Origin: an uncultured Acidobacteriota bacterium
Lineage (GTDB): Bacteria; Acidobacteriota; Vicinamibacteria; Fen-336
Assembly (NCBI GenBank): GCA_963847655.1
Contig: CAWKAS010000014.1
Location: forward strand, 29,584 to 93,583
Reading direction: 5' to 3'
Length of the DNA: 64,000 nucleotides
In this document: positions 9,346 through 21,512 of the stretch, piece by piece
Layout of the letters: every line of letters begins with the position of its first letter
Position numbering within the stretch: position 1 is the stretch's first letter
Position numbers and translations under genes: made by a program
The notes under the pieces: model-generated
Seen by the model: only the letters and a program-made list of their open reading frames with translations
Told to the model about the DNA's origin: nothing
Database searches by the model: none

Positions 9346-10635
9346 ATGAGCGAGACGAGATCGTCCTTCCCGCCGGTCTTCTGGGTCGCCAACCTCATCG
9401 AGGTGATGGAGCGGTTCGCCTACTACGGGATCTACTTCGGCTTCGGGATCTACATGAAGTCCCTCGGCTTCTCCCCGGACCAGCTCGGGTGGGTGCAGTT
9501 CATCTTCCTGCTCCTCTCGTACACCATCCCGGTGATCTCGGGGACCTTCGCCGACAGGTTCGGCTTCAAGAAGACCCTGCTCGTCGCGTACATGGCGTAT
9601 CTGCCCGCCATCCTCCTGCTGATCTTCAACAAGACCTTCTCCGGGATCGCCCTCACGATGCTCACGATCGGCTTCGCCGCGGGCATCTTCAAGCCCCTGA
9701 TCGCGGGGACGGTCCGGGCGGTCACCGACAAGTCGAACAAGACCCTCGGCTTCGGCATCTTCTACGCCATGGTCAACGTGGGGGGGTCCTTCGGCCCCAT
9801 CGTGGCCGGGAAGCTCCGGGCGATCTCCTGGGACCACGCCTTCTACACCGCCGCGGGGATGATCGTGTTGATGTTCCTCGTGACGGTCTTCTTCTACAAG
9901 GAGCCACCCCGGCAGATCGAGGGGCTGACGCTCAAGCAGAAGTTCCGGGACCTGCGCACGGCGCTGTCCGACCTGAAGTTCACGAGCTTCCTGATCGTGC
10001 TCGGCGTCATGTGGTGGGTCCCCTTCTGGGCGTTCTTCAACCTCTGCGCCCTCTACGTCGACTCCAACGTGGACACCGCCCAGCTCTACCTCGACATCCG
10101 CAGCGTCCTCGGCTCGGGGATCGCCGGCTTCCTCTCCCACGTGGACGAGGACGGCACGAGGCGGGTGCTCGGAGAGTCCATCTCCAACACCGGCTACATC
10201 ATCGTGCTCCTGCAGGTGTTGGTCTCCAAGACCATCGAGAAGTGGAGGGCCCTGCCCACCTTCATGAGCGGTCTGGGGCTGTCGGCCGCCGGCTTCGTCA
10301 TCCTCGGCTACGCGCGGATGTCGGTCGCCTCGATGATCTTCGTGGGCATCTTCTTCTTCGCCCTCGGCGAGATGATGGCCTCCCCGCGGATCCAGGAGTA
10401 CATCACCTGGATCGCCCCGAAGGAGAAGGCGGGTCTGTACATGGGCGCCAACTTCCTGGCCACCGCCATCGGCGCGTTCAGCGGTCCCATCTACACCGGG
10501 CTGTACGGTCGCTTCGACGCCATGGGGCGCCCCGAGTACGTGTGGTACACCCTGGCCGCCCACGTGCTGCTGGCCATCGTGGTCATCAACCTGTTCGTGA
10601 AGCTCTTCGGCGCCTTCGAGGAGCGGGAGGCCTGA
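9346..10635 (+). CDS. POT/PTR2 family proton-dependent oligopeptide transporter (MFS)
   Basis: 429 aa with the ERFAYYG PTR2 signature and 12+ predicted TM helices. Intact. Confidence 0.9.
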   Translation: MSETRSSFPPVFWVANLIEVMERFAYYGIYFGFGIYMKSLGFSPDQLGWVQFIFLLLSYTIPVISGTFADRFGFKKTLLVAYMAYLPAILLLIFNKTFSGIALTMLTIGFAAGIFKPLIAGTVRAVTDKSNKTLGFGIFYAMVNVGGSFGPIVAGKLRAISWDHAFYTAAGMIVLMFLVTVFFYKEPPRQIEGLTLKQKFRDLRTALSDLKFTSFLIVLGVMWWVPFWAFFNLCALYVDSNVDTAQLYLDIRSVLGSGIAGFLSHVDEDGTRRVLGESISNTGYIIVLLQVLVSKTIEKWRALPTFMSGLGLSAAGFVILGYARMSVASMIFVGIFFFALGEMMASPRIQEYITWIAPKEKAGLYMGANFLATAIGAFSGPIYTGLYGRFDAMGRPEYVWYTLAAHVLLAIVVINLFVKLFGAFEEREA

Positions 10636-10639
10636 CCCG

Positions 10640-12445
10640 TCAGCGGCAGGAGCCGCGGTACATCTCGGCGGCGCGGACGGCGTAGACGACCTCGTAGTCG
10701 CCGGCGTCCATGAAGCGTACCAGGCTCAGGCCGCTGGGCAGCATCAGGACGTGGTTGCCGCCGTAGCCGGACATGAGGGGCACGTCGACGGTGCAGCGCC
10801 CGGTGTCGGTGCGGACCGTCCAGACGGAGTGGAGGTAGCGCTCGCTCGCGGCCGGGGTCTGGTAGGCGGCCCGTCCCGCCCGGCGCATGGCCTCCCGGAC
10901 CTTGGTCCGGCTGACGAGCTGCCGGCCCCCGGCAGAGCCCTCGTCCTGGAGGAGCTGGGCCACCTTGGCCGCCGCGTCGACGTCGGGGTAGCTGCCCCAG
11001 CCCATGATGGGCGTCCCGCGGGCGCCGTCCGGCTCGATCGACCGCGAGAGCGGCAGGTGGGGGACGCCGATGGGCTCGAGAACGTCCTGTCGCACCATCG
11101 TCCAGTAGTCCGCGGCCGGCCCCTCGCGCATCTTGACGTAGCTGTTCATGGCCTGCGAGAGCACGAACGAGTGCGTGGAGTAGTACGCGAACTCCGTTCC
11201 GGGGGCCGGGGGAGCGTCCGGGAGAGCGGCGATGGCGGCGATCTTGGAAGCCGCGGAGCGAGCCTGGATGTAGGGCCCGATCGCGGCGCCCCGCTCGCCG
11301 CCCACGGTGCCGGTGACCATGTTCAAGGTGTGGTGGAAGGTGACGCCCTGCCAGCCCGGGTGACCGGCGAGCTCAGGCACGTGGTCGATGATCCGCTCGT
11401 CGAAGATCCCGTCTCCGTAGCGCTGGGCCAGGTAGAACATCGACAGGCCCAGGCCCATCGTCTTCGTCACCGAGAAGACGCCATGACGCATCCACTCTGG
11501 CCAGGGATGCGGGCCCGAACGAGTGGCCACCTCCTGCTGGTAGAGCTGGCCGTCCACGAGGAGAGCCACCGCGCTCAGGTCGGTGTCCGCGAAGCCGTTC
11601 CGGGACGTGGCCTGAGTGGTCTCCGCGTCCGGCAGCGCGGACCAGGGACGCAAGGGCAGGCGGGAGGCGCGCTCCCGGCCGAAGGCGGCGGCGGCGGCCT
11701 CGGCTCCGCCGGGACACACCGGGTCCCAGGTGGCCGGCACCAGGGCGGAGAAGTCCGTGCGGAGGTACTCCTCGTTGGGCGCCGTCTCCTGGGTGATCTG
11801 GATCGCGACCCGGGAGACCTCGACGCCGTTGAAGACGAAGGTGGCCAGGCCGTTGCGGGCCTGTCCGACGTAGTTGTCGGTGAGGGTGAAGAGAAACGTC
11901 GCTCGGGAGTAGCCCGCGTCCGCGGCTTCCTCCCAGACCCGGCCCGGGTTGGCGATGACGTTCCAGAGGCTGCGACCCCTCCCTCCGGCGCCGTGCCCCG
12001 ACAGGATCAGGTCACGCTCCAGGGGAACGAGCCAGCCGCCGCGGGTGACCAGGGGCAGGGAGAACGCGGGGAACAGGGTCTGGCCCCCGCCCCTCCAGTC
12101 GGAGTCCGGGTGCGTCGTGGACATGGGCGTCTCGGAGAAACGGAGCGTTCCGCAGAGCACGTGGGAGGCAGCCCCCGCGTCTCCGAGCGGCTGAAAGTAG
12201 GCGTTGTGAACCACCCCGGGCGGCGTCGCTCCGAAGAGCTCGTCCACCGTCAAGGCGTCGCGGATGCCGGCGGGCGGTGGTGGGGTCGCGGTGGGTGGCG
12301 GGGGGGCGGTCGGGCTGGTGTCGTCGCCGCCGCAGGCGGCGAGAAGGCAGAGGGCCGTCAGGGTGAGAAGAGCCAACGACCACGACGTGTCCCGGCGAAC
12401 CCTTCCGAGGCGAAATGCTGGGTCGAGATGGCAGTGCGCCGGCAT
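10640..12445 (-). CDS. Beta-lactamase-family serine hydrolase lipoprotein
   Basis: S-x-x-K active-site motif (SVTKTMG); signal peptide with lipobox LLAAC. The start is chosen at MPAHC to avoid overlap with the upstream gene (a longer ORF extends to 12676). Confidence 0.75.
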   Translation of the reverse strand: MPAHCHLDPAFRLGRVRRDTSWSLALLTLTALCLLAACGGDDTSPTAPPPPTATPPPPAGIRDALTVDELFGATPPGVVHNAYFQPLGDAGAASHVLCGTLRFSETPMSTTHPDSDWRGGGQTLFPAFSLPLVTRGGWLVPLERDLILSGHGAGGRGRSLWNVIANPGRVWEEAADAGYSRATFLFTLTDNYVGQARNGLATFVFNGVEVSRVAIQITQETAPNEEYLRTDFSALVPATWDPVCPGGAEAAAAAFGRERASRLPLRPWSALPDAETTQATSRNGFADTDLSAVALLVDGQLYQQEVATRSGPHPWPEWMRHGVFSVTKTMGLGLSMFYLAQRYGDGIFDERIIDHVPELAGHPGWQGVTFHHTLNMVTGTVGGERGAAIGPYIQARSAASKIAAIAALPDAPPAPGTEFAYYSTHSFVLSQAMNSYVKMREGPAADYWTMVRQDVLEPIGVPHLPLSRSIEPDGARGTPIMGWGSYPDVDAAAKVAQLLQDEGSAGGRQLVSRTKVREAMRRAGRAAYQTPAASERYLHSVWTVRTDTGRCTVDVPLMSGYGGNHVLMLPSGLSLVRFMDAGDYEVVYAVRAAEMYRGSCR

Positions 12446-12522
12446 CGGGTTCGACGGGCTCTCCCTGAAGAGAGACACGCAACCCCGCGTCATTTGTTCC
12501 CGACGCCGGCTCCGCGGGCGAA

Positions 12523-13605
12523 TCAGGCGCCGTCGGGATCCTCGCGCGGGGTGTGGAATTCGCTCCGCCCCGTCGCGGGTGGGGCCTCCGCGGGTGGGCG
12601 GGGCGCGGCCTCGGTTGACGGAGCTCCGTCGCTCTCCGCGTCGCCGGCCTCCGGAGCCGGTCGGGGAGGAGGCCATCCGCCCTCGGGGGGCGCAGTCTCC
12701 TCGATGTTCACGACGCTGAAGGCCCCCTCGAGGACGACGTCGTAGCCCGGCGTGTCCTTCTCGATGGTGTCCCGGGCCGGGCCCTTGTCCAGCCAGACCA
12801 GGGGGAAGCCGGGGCCCTCATAGCGCACCGGAGTTCCCTCGGGGACCTTCACGTCGAACGCGCTGAAGGCCCCCTGGAAGTGGATCCTGACCCGCTGCGA
12901 GGGCGGGGGCAGACGGAACGTCCAGGAGTTGAAGGCCCCGCTCACCTTGGCGCCGGTCACCCACCCCCGACGCAGGTCGAGACCACCCCGGATGAAGACC
13001 CCGCTGAGCTCGAGCTCCAACGGGAGGTTGTCGGCGACCCCCAGCTCCCAGACCTCGCGGGGCGTCCCGGCCACGATGAACCCGCCGTCCCGTCCCTCGA
13101 GCCGGAGGTTGGCCCCGCCCTTCTGGCCGTCGACGTCCAGGCGGGGCGTGCTCTCACGGGACGCGGCCCGGCCCTCCGCCAGGAGGGCGGGCGCGAGGGA
13201 GCGGGCCTCGAGGCCGACCCGGACGCCGGCGAGCTCGGCCTCGATGCGCGCGCGATCGGCGCCCTCTGGCCTCTCCGCGGCGACCTCGTGCCACTCCCCG
13301 GGAGGCCGGGGCTGCGGCGGGTCGCCCCAGGCCAGCCAGAACAGCGTGCCCACGACCACGACCGGTCCGAGCACCATTCCCGCGGCGAGTGGCGTCTTCT
13401 CGAAGACGATGCGGATCCCGGCGGAGACGAGGAGCACCGGCCAGAAGGACACGGCCTCCATCCAGAACCCGTCCGGCAGGCCCCGCGTGGTGGCGACGAG
13501 GAAGAAGACACCCAGGCCGGCCAGACCCACACCGTCGGCCACCCGACCCCAGTCCGTGCGGGGACGGGGGGTTTCGTCGTCGGCGTCGCGGGAGCTCGCG
13601 GACAT
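12523..13605 (-). CDS. Membrane protein with LiaF-like/DUF-type C-terminal beta domain
   Basis: The start at MSASSRD is preceded by an AGGAGAAAG RBS. It has 3 TM helices near the N-terminus, a C-terminal repeat-like beta region and an acidic tail. Confidence 0.5.
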   Translation of the reverse strand: MSASSRDADDETPRPRTDWGRVADGVGLAGLGVFFLVATTRGLPDGFWMEAVSFWPVLLVSAGIRIVFEKTPLAAGMVLGPVVVVGTLFWLAWGDPPQPRPPGEWHEVAAERPEGADRARIEAELAGVRVGLEARSLAPALLAEGRAASRESTPRLDVDGQKGGANLRLEGRDGGFIVAGTPREVWELGVADNLPLELELSGVFIRGGLDLRRGWVTGAKVSGAFNSWTFRLPPPSQRVRIHFQGAFSAFDVKVPEGTPVRYEGPGFPLVWLDKGPARDTIEKDTPGYDVVLEGAFSVVNIEETAPPEGGWPPPRPAPEAGDAESDGAPSTEAAPRPPAEAPPATGRSEFHTPREDPDGA

Positions 13606-13724
13606 CGATCTTTCTCCTACGTTCACGATAGCTTACGCGACGCGGCCCCGCGCCGTTCCGTCACTCGCCGACGCCCACCGTGCGTCCGCCGAAACGCTCG
13701 GCGGGATTGAATCCCGCGGTGTGC

Positions 13725-15629
<1,905 letters not shown>

Positions 15630-15667
15630 CGCCCGACGTTAGCACGGGGAGCGGGTGCGGTTCAGCC

Positions 15668-16564
15668 TCACTCGGGTACGCCGTACATCTGGTCCGGGGT
15701 CAGCACTCCCGGAAAGCGGAAGCGCAGAGCGCGGCGCGACTCGTCGCAGAGGTGGCAGGCGTCGGCGTACGCCGGACGCGGGCGCAGCTCGTACAGGCGG
15801 GCCAGCTCCGCCGGCCCGCCCGCCAGCAGCGGGCCGCAGATGGGGTGCGAGGACGGCTCGTAGCGCTCGCAGATCTCGCGCAGGCTCTCGGTCAGGACGT
15901 TGCCCAGGGCGATCCCCTGGCAGACGTGCGCGAAGCCGAGGGGATCGACGTGGAGGCGCCCGGGGTCCTCGAGGTCCTCGTGGGGACACGCGGTGAGCTC
16001 GGTCCAGGGGTGGTGAGGGGCCCGGGACGCCAGCGCCTCGGCGGCGCGTCCGCGGAACATCACCCCGCTCTCGCCGTGGGGCAGCTGACCGGTGCCGCCG
16101 CGGGCGCCGTCCTCCGGTTGCGCGATGGAGACGACGTCGACCGGGATCCCCAGATCTTCCGCCGCGGCGCGGGCGTTCCGGACATCCTGGCTGACGCGCT
16201 CGCTCGCGTGGTAGAGGTCGCTGCTGAGCGACAGGTCCGAGATCGCGTCGGCCAGGGGCTCGAGCCAGGTCTCCGCGTCCTCTCGGCTCGTGGCCCAGTA
16301 GGCGTTCGAGACCAGACCCACGCGGAACCCGCTCTCCGCCGCTTCGAGAACACCCCGAACCAAGACGGGATAGAAGAGGAGCGGCTCGCCCCCCTCGAAG
16401 TAGACCCACTCCACCGTGCCCAGCTCGCGCGCCTGCGCGAGGATGCGACGGACGGTCTCCAGGGTCATGGTGCCCTCCTGGCGCGGGCTGCCCCAGACGA
16501 AGCAGTGGTCGCACTCGAAGGTGCACTGGTAGGTGAGGAGAAGGTGGACGCCGGTGAGCTTCAT
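15668..16564 (-). CDS. Radical SAM protein with Cys-rich (twitch/SPASM-like) C-terminal region
   Basis: CTFECDHC = CxxxCxxC near the N-terminus; GGEP motif; C-terminal cysteines (CPHE, VCQG, ICER, ICGP, CHLCDE). It ends 38 nt upstream of malQ on the same strand. Confidence 0.8.
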   Translation of the reverse strand: MKLTGVHLLLTYQCTFECDHCFVWGSPRQEGTMTLETVRRILAQARELGTVEWVYFEGGEPLLFYPVLVRGVLEAAESGFRVGLVSNAYWATSREDAETWLEPLADAISDLSLSSDLYHASERVSQDVRNARAAAEDLGIPVDVVSIAQPEDGARGGTGQLPHGESGVMFRGRAAEALASRAPHHPWTELTACPHEDLEDPGRLHVDPLGFAHVCQGIALGNVLTESLREICERYEPSSHPICGPLLAGGPAELARLYELRPRPAYADACHLCDESRRALRFRFPGVLTPDQMYGVPE

Positions 16565-16859
16565 GGTTGGTCCTCTCTTCCCGCGAGGTGTCGTCCGGAC
16601 CGCATGCCGATGGCGACGGAGGCACGCTGAGGGAGGAGCCGCGGCATTCGGTTCGACGGCCCGTTGGTGAGCCTATACCGGGCACGGGGGACGGCACCAG
16701 ACAAATCACTCCCGCGCGGTGGGCGGGGAGCCCCCGAAAGCGCGACCTGAGCCGGTCCCCTTCGCCCGTGTCGTCCGGAGGGACCCCAGCTCGGAGGAGT
16801 TCGAATCGTGCTCTGCCACCGGAGAGGCTGATCGCTTCGAGCACGTTCGACGCAAACGC

Positions 16860-17621
16860 CGACTACTCTCCAGATGGTCGAAGAATCGCGTTCTGTTCCT
16901 TTCTTGGCGGGGACGCCAGCAGCATCTGGATCAGCGAGAGCGATGGGGCGAACCCGGTCCAGCTCACCCGCTTCGAGAGGGCCGCTGGGACGCCACGGTG
17001 GTCTCCCGACAGCCGGAGGATCGTCTTCGACAGCGACGAGGCAGGGGATCAGAACCTCTACGTGGTCGATGCCGATGGCGGGGCGGCACGGCGGCCGACG
17101 CCCGGGACCTCCTCCGACGTCACGGGCACGTGGTCGCGAGACGGTCGTTGGATCTACTTCGAATCCGACCGGGCGGCACCTCCCAGATCTGGAAGATCCC
17201 GGCCGAGGGAGGAGAAGCGGTCCAGGTGACAAGGGGCGGTGGAAGCTATGCCGTGGAGTCGTGGGACGGTCGCCACCTGTACTACTCCAAGGCCGGGTCC
17301 ATGCGCAGCATCCGGCGGGTTCCAGTCGCCGGCGGTGAAGAGGCCCTGGTAGCCGAGGCACCCGACTTGATGCTCCGGAGACTGTGCTCCTCTCGAACCG
17401 GGCTCTACTTCCCCAGGCGACGGGCCTCTGGTCCTCTCGGGGTCACGGAGCACTCGATTCACTTCCTCGACTCCGCTACCGGGCACGTGAGCACGCTTCT
17501 CGAGGAGGAGGACCACTTCGCCTGGCCCGACATCTCGGTCTCTCCCGACGAGGAGTGGGTCCTCTACGCGAAGCAGCCCACACCACTGTCCGAGCTGATG
17601 CTGGTGGAGAACTTCCGCTAG
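16860..17621 (+). pseudogene. TolB-like PD40 beta-propeller repeat protein, N-terminally truncated and frameshifted
   Basis: PD40 repeats (YSPDGRRIAF, WSPDSRRIVFDSD, WSRDGRWIYFESDR). The frame shifts near 17175 (SQIWKIPAEGGEAVQVT continues in another frame). No convincing N-terminus or start was found. Confidence 0.45.
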
Positions 17622-17923
17622 ATCCGCTGGCTCGCGGCGCGTCCCCGGCTCACGGCCCAGGTACAACGACCGGCGCCCCCCGGGGCAGCCTTCCACCGTT
17701 CGGCCCTCGGCTATCACTCTCCCTCGATGAGCGCCCGGTGCCCCGGCATCCGTTGACCTTCACTCGCCGGGCGGGGTCAGCTCTTCCCGAGTCACCGGAC
17801 CTCCTGTGGCAGTCCGGGAACGTAGACTGTCCTCGAATCACACGTCGCCCGGATGCTGCGCCGCTGAGTCGCACCTCTCCCCGGCCGGCCGGTCTCGCGG
17901 GCTCTCTCTCCCAGGGAGTCGCC

Positions 17924-19018
17924 ATGCAGAGCGTGAGGAACGTCCGGGATGACGATCTTCTCCGTCGGCTGTCGGACCTCGTGAAACGGTCGCGCGGCGT
18001 CGAAGCCGACGTCGTGGCTCACATCGGCGAGGTGGAGCTGAGACGCCTCTACGCCCACGAGGCCTGCTCGTCGATGTTCGAGTACTGCCGCCGGGTCCTC
18101 GGCCTCAGGGAGAACGAGGCCTACCTGCGCCTCACCGTGGCCCGGGCCGCTCGGGAGCTCCCGGAGCTTTTGCCCATGCTCCGGGACGGTCGGCTCCACC
18201 TGAGCGGGATCGCCCGACTGGCGCCGCAGCTGACCCGCCAGAACGCCGACGAGGTCCTGAAGCGAGCCTCGGGGATGTCCCATCGGGAGATCCGGGAGCT
18301 CGTCAGCGAGCTGGAGCCGAAGCCCGCGGTCGCACCGACGATCCGGAGGCTCCCCGTCCGTCCGGCGCCCACGAGTGGGGCTTCTGGGCAACTCGGGGGG
18401 GCCCGAGTTGAGTCGGAACGACTCAGCTCGGACACGGGGCCCGTCGCACCGCGCGCCGCGGTGGTGGAGCCCCTGGCGCAGGACCGCCACCTGGTCCGCT
18501 TCACGGCCAATACGGAGCTTCGTGACAAGCTCGAGCGCCTCCAGGCCCTCATGCGGTCCTCGGTCCCCGACGGCGACCTGGCCCGCATCATCGACATCGC
18601 CGTCACCGAGAAGCTGGAGCGGGTCGAAGCCAGGCGCTTCGGCAAGACCCGGGCGCCCCGCAAGACGCTCGCGGAGACCGACACCACCCCCAGCTCACGG
18701 CGCATCCCAGCCGCGGTTCGCCGCGCCGTCCACGCCCGCGACGGCGGTCGGTGTGCCTACCGGGACACACATGGCCGACGGTGCGCGAAGCGCCACGACC
18801 TCGAGTTCCACCACAAGAAGCCCTTCGGCCGCGGCGGAGACCACAGCCCCTCCAACCTGACCCTCATGTGCCGTCCTCACAACACCCTCATGGCCGAGCT
18901 GGACTACGGCAAGGACGTCGTCGCCCGGTTTCGCGCCTCGAGCAGTCGCTGTGTCGTGCCGGTGGATGTCTACGGCAACCGTATCGCCGTTCAGGCGCCG
19001 TCGACCGGACCGGGATGA
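17924..19018 (+). CDS. HNH endonuclease (DUF222 N-terminal domain + HNH nuclease)
   Basis: Start at MQSVRNV. The DUF222-like helical domain is followed by an HNH motif (C..C...HH..P...GG...N....C..HN). This is a typical selfish/mobile HNH family. The upstream part of the 544-aa ORF is non-coding-like. Confidence 0.8.
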   Translation: MQSVRNVRDDDLLRRLSDLVKRSRGVEADVVAHIGEVELRRLYAHEACSSMFEYCRRVLGLRENEAYLRLTVARAARELPELLPMLRDGRLHLSGIARLAPQLTRQNADEVLKRASGMSHREIRELVSELEPKPAVAPTIRRLPVRPAPTSGASGQLGGARVESERLSSDTGPVAPRAAVVEPLAQDRHLVRFTANTELRDKLERLQALMRSSVPDGDLARIIDIAVTEKLERVEARRFGKTRAPRKTLAETDTTPSSRRIPAAVRRAVHARDGGRCAYRDTHGRRCAKRHDLEFHHKKPFGRGGDHSPSNLTLMCRPHNTLMAELDYGKDVVARFRASSSRCVVPVDVYGNRIAVQAPSTGPG

Positions 19019-19134
19019 TCAGGAGGAGAAACTGAAGTCATGGCTGCAAACCCCCTGGGGCCCGGTCGGAGTCACCCTCGTCTGCGACTTCGAGTTGTCG
19101 GCAACGCATAGAATGACGAGCCAGGAGGGCTTCC

Positions 19135-20238
19135 ATGCCGCGCTTTGCCGCCGTCTTCACGACACGTCTCGCCGTGAGGCCGAGCCACGCCGCGTCCGCC
19201 CGCCTGGTCGTGGCCCTGGTCCTCCTGGCGAGCGCGGCCGCCCCCCCGACCGGCAGGGCGGCTGGGCCGCCGCCGGTCAAGATCCTCTTCGACTCCGACA
19301 TGGGATCCGATTGCGACGACGCCGGCGCCCTGGCTCTCCTCCACACCCTGGCCGACGAGGGGAAGGCCGAGATCGTGGCCTGCGTCTACAGCTCGGGGCG
19401 GGTCCCCTACGGGGCCGCCGTCATGGAGGCCATCAACGTCTACTACGGGCGACCGGAGATCCCCGTGGGCGCGGCCCACGACGACGTCGTGGGCGATCCC
19501 GTGGACAAGATGACCGCCGAGAAGCTGGCCCGTGACCAGGCCGCCTTCGGGAACCGCATCGTTCACAACAGTGACGCCACCGAGCAGACACGCTTGTGCC
19601 GACGGCTCCTGGCCGATGAGCGCGACCGCTCGGTGACCTATCTGACAGTGGGACACACGAAGGGCCTCCACGACCTCCTCCTCTCGGCCCCCGACGAGAT
19701 CTCACCCCTGAGCGGCTCGGAGCTGATCGAGCGCAAGGTCCTGCGCTGGGTGGCTCTGGGGGCCCTGGGGGCCGCCAACGACGAGGGACGCCGCACGAAG
19801 GACTGGAACTTCTTCTTCAACGACACGGCTCCCTTCACGGAGGTGCTGGTCGAGCGCTTTCCTCGGCCCGTCGTCTTCGTCGACGCCGGACAGGACGTCC
19901 TCACCGGCGCGAGCCTCGCCCACACTCCTCCGGGAAGCATCGTCCGCACCGCGTACCGCGAGTGGCTCTGGAGCTACGAGCAGAAGACCCTCGAGGACCA
20001 GCGTCCCTCCTGGGACCTCGTGGCCGCTCTCTTCGCCGTCGAAGGTCTCGGAGCGTTCCTGGAAGACGCCGGCGAGGGGCACCTGGACGTCGACGCCAAG
20101 GCCGGCTGCCGCTGGGAGGCGGGTCCGGGACCGGCCGACCACGCCTTCGTGCGACAGAAGCCCGGCGTGGCCGAGGCGCTGGCCGCCTATCTCAACGAGA
20201 GGATCGCGCGCCCGCCGGCGGTGCCCGGAAGCCCCTGA
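19135..20238 (+). CDS. Inosine-uridine preferring nucleoside hydrolase family protein (secreted)
   Basis: Signal peptide; DSDMGSDCDD aspartate cluster (the DxDxxxDD Ca-binding motif of nucleoside hydrolases). Confidence 0.7.
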   Translation: MPRFAAVFTTRLAVRPSHAASARLVVALVLLASAAAPPTGRAAGPPPVKILFDSDMGSDCDDAGALALLHTLADEGKAEIVACVYSSGRVPYGAAVMEAINVYYGRPEIPVGAAHDDVVGDPVDKMTAEKLARDQAAFGNRIVHNSDATEQTRLCRRLLADERDRSVTYLTVGHTKGLHDLLLSAPDEISPLSGSELIERKVLRWVALGALGAANDEGRRTKDWNFFFNDTAPFTEVLVERFPRPVVFVDAGQDVLTGASLAHTPPGSIVRTAYREWLWSYEQKTLEDQRPSWDLVAALFAVEGLGAFLEDAGEGHLDVDAKAGCRWEAGPGPADHAFVRQKPGVAEALAAYLNERIARPPAVPGSP

Positions 20239-20435
20239 CGCTCCGGACGGGAGCCGCCTTCAAGAGAGGGCCGAGACCCTGCTCGACTGGCGGCTCGGTC
20301 TCGTCACCGAGCCCGCTCCGGAGGGGTCCGTGGCGTGCGCCCTTCCGTCGACGCGCCTATGCTTGCCGGGGTCGGCCCCCACACACGCTGGGTGAACCTC
20401 GGCTGAGCTCTTGCGAGCCGGCGGAAGGAGGATCC

Positions 20436-20963
20436 ATGAGACGCGTCTGCTACTCGGTGGCCATGAGCCTCGACGGCTCCATCGCCGGCCCGAAGGACGA
20501 GATCGACTGGATCGTCGCCGATCCGGAGATCGAGTTCGAGGCGCTCTTCGGCGGATTCGACACCGTCCTGGTGGGCCGCAGGTCCTACGAGGCCGCACGG
20601 CAGATGGGGAGCGGGGTAGGGATGCCCGGCATGGAGGTCCACGTCTTCTCGCGGACCCTGCGACCCGCCGACTGCCCCGACGGGTCGGTCTCCGACGACC
20701 CGGGGACCACCGTGCGCCTGCTGAAGGGGAGGGCGGGGAAGGACATCTGGCTGTTCGGGGGAGGCGAGCTGTTCCGGAGTCTGCTGGAGCAGGACCTGGT
20801 CGACCGCGTTCAGGTCGCGGTCATCCCGGTGCTTCTGGGTGGCGGCGTACCCCTGCTCCCGCCTGCGGCGCGGCAGGCTCGGCTGAGGCTCACCGGACAC
20901 AGGGTCTACGAGAAGACGGGCATCGTCCTGCTCGAATACGACGTCACGCGAGACGCGGCTTGA
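20436..20963 (+). CDS. Dihydrofolate reductase family protein (RibD C-terminal domain)
   Basis: 175 aa; MRRVCYSVAMSLDGSIAG...DWIV...VLVGRRSYE...WLFGGGELF matches the RibD_C/DHFR-like fold. Confidence 0.8.
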   Translation: MRRVCYSVAMSLDGSIAGPKDEIDWIVADPEIEFEALFGGFDTVLVGRRSYEAARQMGSGVGMPGMEVHVFSRTLRPADCPDGSVSDDPGTTVRLLKGRAGKDIWLFGGGELFRSLLEQDLVDRVQVAVIPVLLGGGVPLLPPAARQARLRLTGHRVYEKTGIVLLEYDVTRDAA

Positions 20964-20973
20964 GGGACAGGGC

Positions 20974-21405
20974 GTGAAGATCCGGGCATTCGCGGAGGCG
21001 GACGAGGACCGAGCCGTCAACCTCTGGGACCGCTGTGGACTTCTGCGGCCCTGGAACGATCCCCGAAGGGACATCGCGAGAAAGCTCCAGGTCCAGCGCG
21101 AGCTCTTCCTGGTGGGCGAGATCGACGGACGGATCGTGGCCGTGGTCATGGCCGGATACGAGGGCCACCGTGGCTGGGTGGACTACCTGGCCGTCGAGCC
21201 GGAGCTCCAGGGCAAGGGGCTCGGGCGTCAGATGCTGGCCGCGGTCGAGCGGGGGTTGGCCGAGCGAGGCTGCCCCAAGGTGCAGCTCCAGATCCGCCGG
21301 GGAAACCTCGGCGTCGTGAGGTTCTATCGCGAGCTCGGCTACGCCGAGGACGAGGTCATCAGCATGGGCAAGCGACTGGAGCTCGACGAGGGTGATACGG
21401 GCTGA
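20974..21405 (+). CDS. GNAT family N-acetyltransferase
   Basis: GTG start; 143 aa with the acetyl-CoA binding motif (QGKGLGRQML). Confidence 0.85.
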   Translation: MKIRAFAEADEDRAVNLWDRCGLLRPWNDPRRDIARKLQVQRELFLVGEIDGRIVAVVMAGYEGHRGWVDYLAVEPELQGKGLGRQMLAAVERGLAERGCPKVQLQIRRGNLGVVRFYRELGYAEDEVISMGKRLELDEGDTG

Positions 21406-21424
21406 GGCCCGGTGCTCCGACTCG

Positions 21425-21512
21425 GGCGGCTGCGTTCGGCCACCCGTCTGCGGGCCCGCAGGCTTCGAAGTGGAGCAGGGTCCTCGCCGGGTCCCGGCCG
21501 CCGCAGCCTCGA
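21425..21512. repeat. Internal fragment (~88 bp) of the MITE-like repeat (central palindrome region only, no TIRs)
   Basis: CTGCGGGCCCGCAGGCTTCGAAGTGGAGCAGGGTCCTCGCCGGG matches the core of copies A and B. It lies in the GNAT/MoxR intergenic region. Confidence 0.45.

Noticed and set aside
8323-10563. 746-aa minus-strand ORF spanning the POT transporter locus
   Set aside because: It lies antisense to a clearly conserved transporter gene and has a junk-like R/G/P/D composition. It is a high-GC artefact. The same reasoning rejects 2278-4281, 10751-12745, 13680-15368, 13855-15336, 35738-38866, 35976-39185, 44257-47304 (apart from its GHKL segment), 47246-49495, 49492-51507, 52699-55839 and similar ORFs.
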